From Phoronis australis (Eukaryota; Animalia; Phoronida), in contig NMRA01000263.1 in the NCBI GenBank assembly GCA_002633005.1, positions 521,631-585,630 on the forward strand: a DNA stretch of 64,000 nt, in the 5' to 3' direction. Below the pieces are notes generated by a model. It was not told where the DNA came from and made no database searches. It saw only the letters and a list, made by a program, of their open reading frames with translations. A program made the translations under genes and the position numbers. This document shows, in pieces, positions 61,776 to 64,000 of the stretch. Numbering within the stretch: position 1 is the first letter of the stretch; the number at the start of each line of letters is the position of its first letter.

Positions 61776-64000
61776 AAATGTTTCTCCATGTTCACTGAAC
61801 AGGGGAATGAACAAAGAACTTCCGTGATCCAGACCAACAATTTACCCTGATAAGTTAGGGATAAATTATGTTGGTAGAGGCGCAGTTAGTAATGTTTACT
61901 TTTAAAGCTCCCATTGGTTTCAGAGGGGTGGAAGATAAGAAATCACATTGTCCATCTCAGTTTGTTGCATAGTGTGCTAGTTTGTTCAATTCATTTTTAG
62001 TCAATAGTTGCTTCAACTAAATATTTTTTCAAGTTCTTGTATTTTGTCATAAAATTATAGGTGGATCTGTAAAAAACTTTTTCCACTTGAGGAGAAACGC
62101 AAACTCAAGATCCAGGGCTTCAGGTCAAGCAAAAGGAGCATGTTGCGTAAATAAGACAGAAACTGAACTTAAAAGATGAAAACAAGGAAACTGAGATGAT
62201 AAAGAAAATGCTCAGGAGCCTTGACGCAGTGTCGTGGAGTGAGATATATACCGAGTGTCCGCTACCTTTACCTTTGGATTCATGTTCTTCTGGGAAACCC
62301 TTGAGTCGGGTCTCTAGATCTATAGCTTAGTTTTAACTTTCTATCAATAAAGCATGAAAATAGTTCCACGTGATCAGTGTGTGAATGTGCCCACTTGAGC
62401 GGCCTCTGCATGTCTGATACAACGTGTACTGGACCACCTCAAATATTTTTTTCAGAAGCCTGTGCATAACCCATGACAATGCACAGAAGACAGCAGCACA
62501 CAATGCAAACACAAATCAAAACATCCTCTACCATGCAATATTAGATGAGCATTTCTAAAGTCAAAATATCAAGGACTGTTTCTCACTCTCCAGTAGACTT
62601 GCGAGATTTATAACTCATCCATACCGGACTATATTCACATTGAAATTCCAGTTGCAAGCCATCTCAAAAACCGGTAACCAAAATTAACAGAGCTATACTG
62701 AAAATATTTATAGTTTTATTCCTAACGAGATTTAAAAAATAATAGCTTCATGAATACTGGAAATGCAGACTAGTCCTTTGAGTGGTCCATAGGTTAGGGT
62801 TTATCAACTACAGCTCACGAATAGCCCTGCACACACTAGATTCAGTTGATTTCATTAAAAAGTGATAGCATATCTTACGAATGTGGTTGCAATAGATAAC
62901 TGTCATTCTAAAGGTTACCTGCACAAGTGATAAATGGAACATCCAACAGTTTAATATCTGCTTTAAGATCCATGGCTATAATGAGGTACACATGCCAGAT
63001 TACGCAAAACAGGAAAGCAACAACTTATACAAGGATGTGAACGTAAAAAAATTTTGAATGCATCAACAAAAGATTGGGCACAAATACAGTAAACAGGTAT
63101 ATAGCATATTTAAAAGCTTCACAAACACTGATTATCTGACATTCACGACAAGGTGAAACAACAAATGTGGCAGGATTCTCTTCAAGCCATTTATATTATT
63201 GTTGATCAAGGGTTGAAACCAAGTACCAAGTTTAATGAACACAAAATCAACATATTAGTAATAAACAGGAAAGGTAGAGTATAGTGTTATCGTGTACAAA
63301 AACTTATGACTTATAGTACAAAAACTTATGACTTCTAGCACAAAAAGCATCTGTCTTCACTACTCCTCGCCACACCTAAACCACAAATACTACACCATGT
63401 AGTTATTCAGACACACAGAATTTGTTGTATCGGGGTAAATGATGTCTTTCTCAAGACAGGGTAGAAAATAATTGAAATATCAATGCAAAATGAGCCGAGA
63501 CAAAATGGACAACACATACCGGTACATAATAGGACCTCACTATATTCTAATTGCAAGGTCAGCTATGATTATGAAGTTAATCAGTCATTTTCATGGTCTT
63601 CATGTTAACAGCATAATGGAAAGTCCCTTGAACAAGCTTTGAAAAAAAAACAATTGGGTAAGGAATGATTTTCCAGGACATTGTCAGAGAAATAGTTATT
63701 TTAATTGGTAAATCTGACAATAGTTTACAAGCCTTAGGGTATGGTCTCACTTTGAGCCCTGAGAAAAGTTAACAACTAGCTCAAAATGAAAATATCAGAA
63801 CATCAAATAGACATTAAACTGTTCAAAGAAAAATTGTAATAAATGACTCAGGGAAATTTCCTGAAATAATGGATGCATAAAAGACAATAGCCATTCAAAG
63901 ACATAAATTGAAAATGTCCGAATGGCCTTTAGAAAGTTATCAAAAGAATTCCACGCTTCAATTTACCTGGGCACAAGTTAAATATGATTATAAAGCTTAA

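Noticed and set aside
62917-62960. Minus-strand CAG/gtaacc donor as the missing upstream PKD exon (also a donor near 50829)
   Set aside because: Translations (QILNCWMFHLSLVQ; MRSVINVVDPQP) do not resemble the expected PKD GRLxERxTKFLIxQ segment.

Overview
Eukaryotic, AT-rich, intron-rich metazoan DNA, probably a bilaterian invertebrate; the taxon cannot be fixed from the sequence. Five protein-coding genes were rebuilt by hand from GT-AG splice sites with consistent reading phase. (1) A complete 7-exon reticulon on the minus strand (20836 to 3341, 309 aa). (2) A complete 12-exon serine palmitoyltransferase 2 on the plus strand (21219 to 34992, 532 aa), head-to-head with the reticulon across 382 bp. 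(3) The last six exons of a protein kinase D on the minus strand (49857 to 44364); its upstream exons lie beyond the window. (4, 5) Two tandem 4-exon paralogs on the plus strand (51643-55655, 478 aa; 57655-61775, 439 aa), each encoding a caspase-2/RAIDD-like CARD fused to a long coiled coil. They appear nested antisense inside the >14 kb PKD intron and are the most novel-looking element; paralog 1 carries a PKD-consensus LxRxxS site in its tail. Introns also hold several non-autonomous DNA transposons (hAT with 8-bp TSD, Harbinger-type with 3-bp TSD, long-TIR elements), minisatellites and three N-marked assembly joins. All family calls are by motif recognition; no database search was run.
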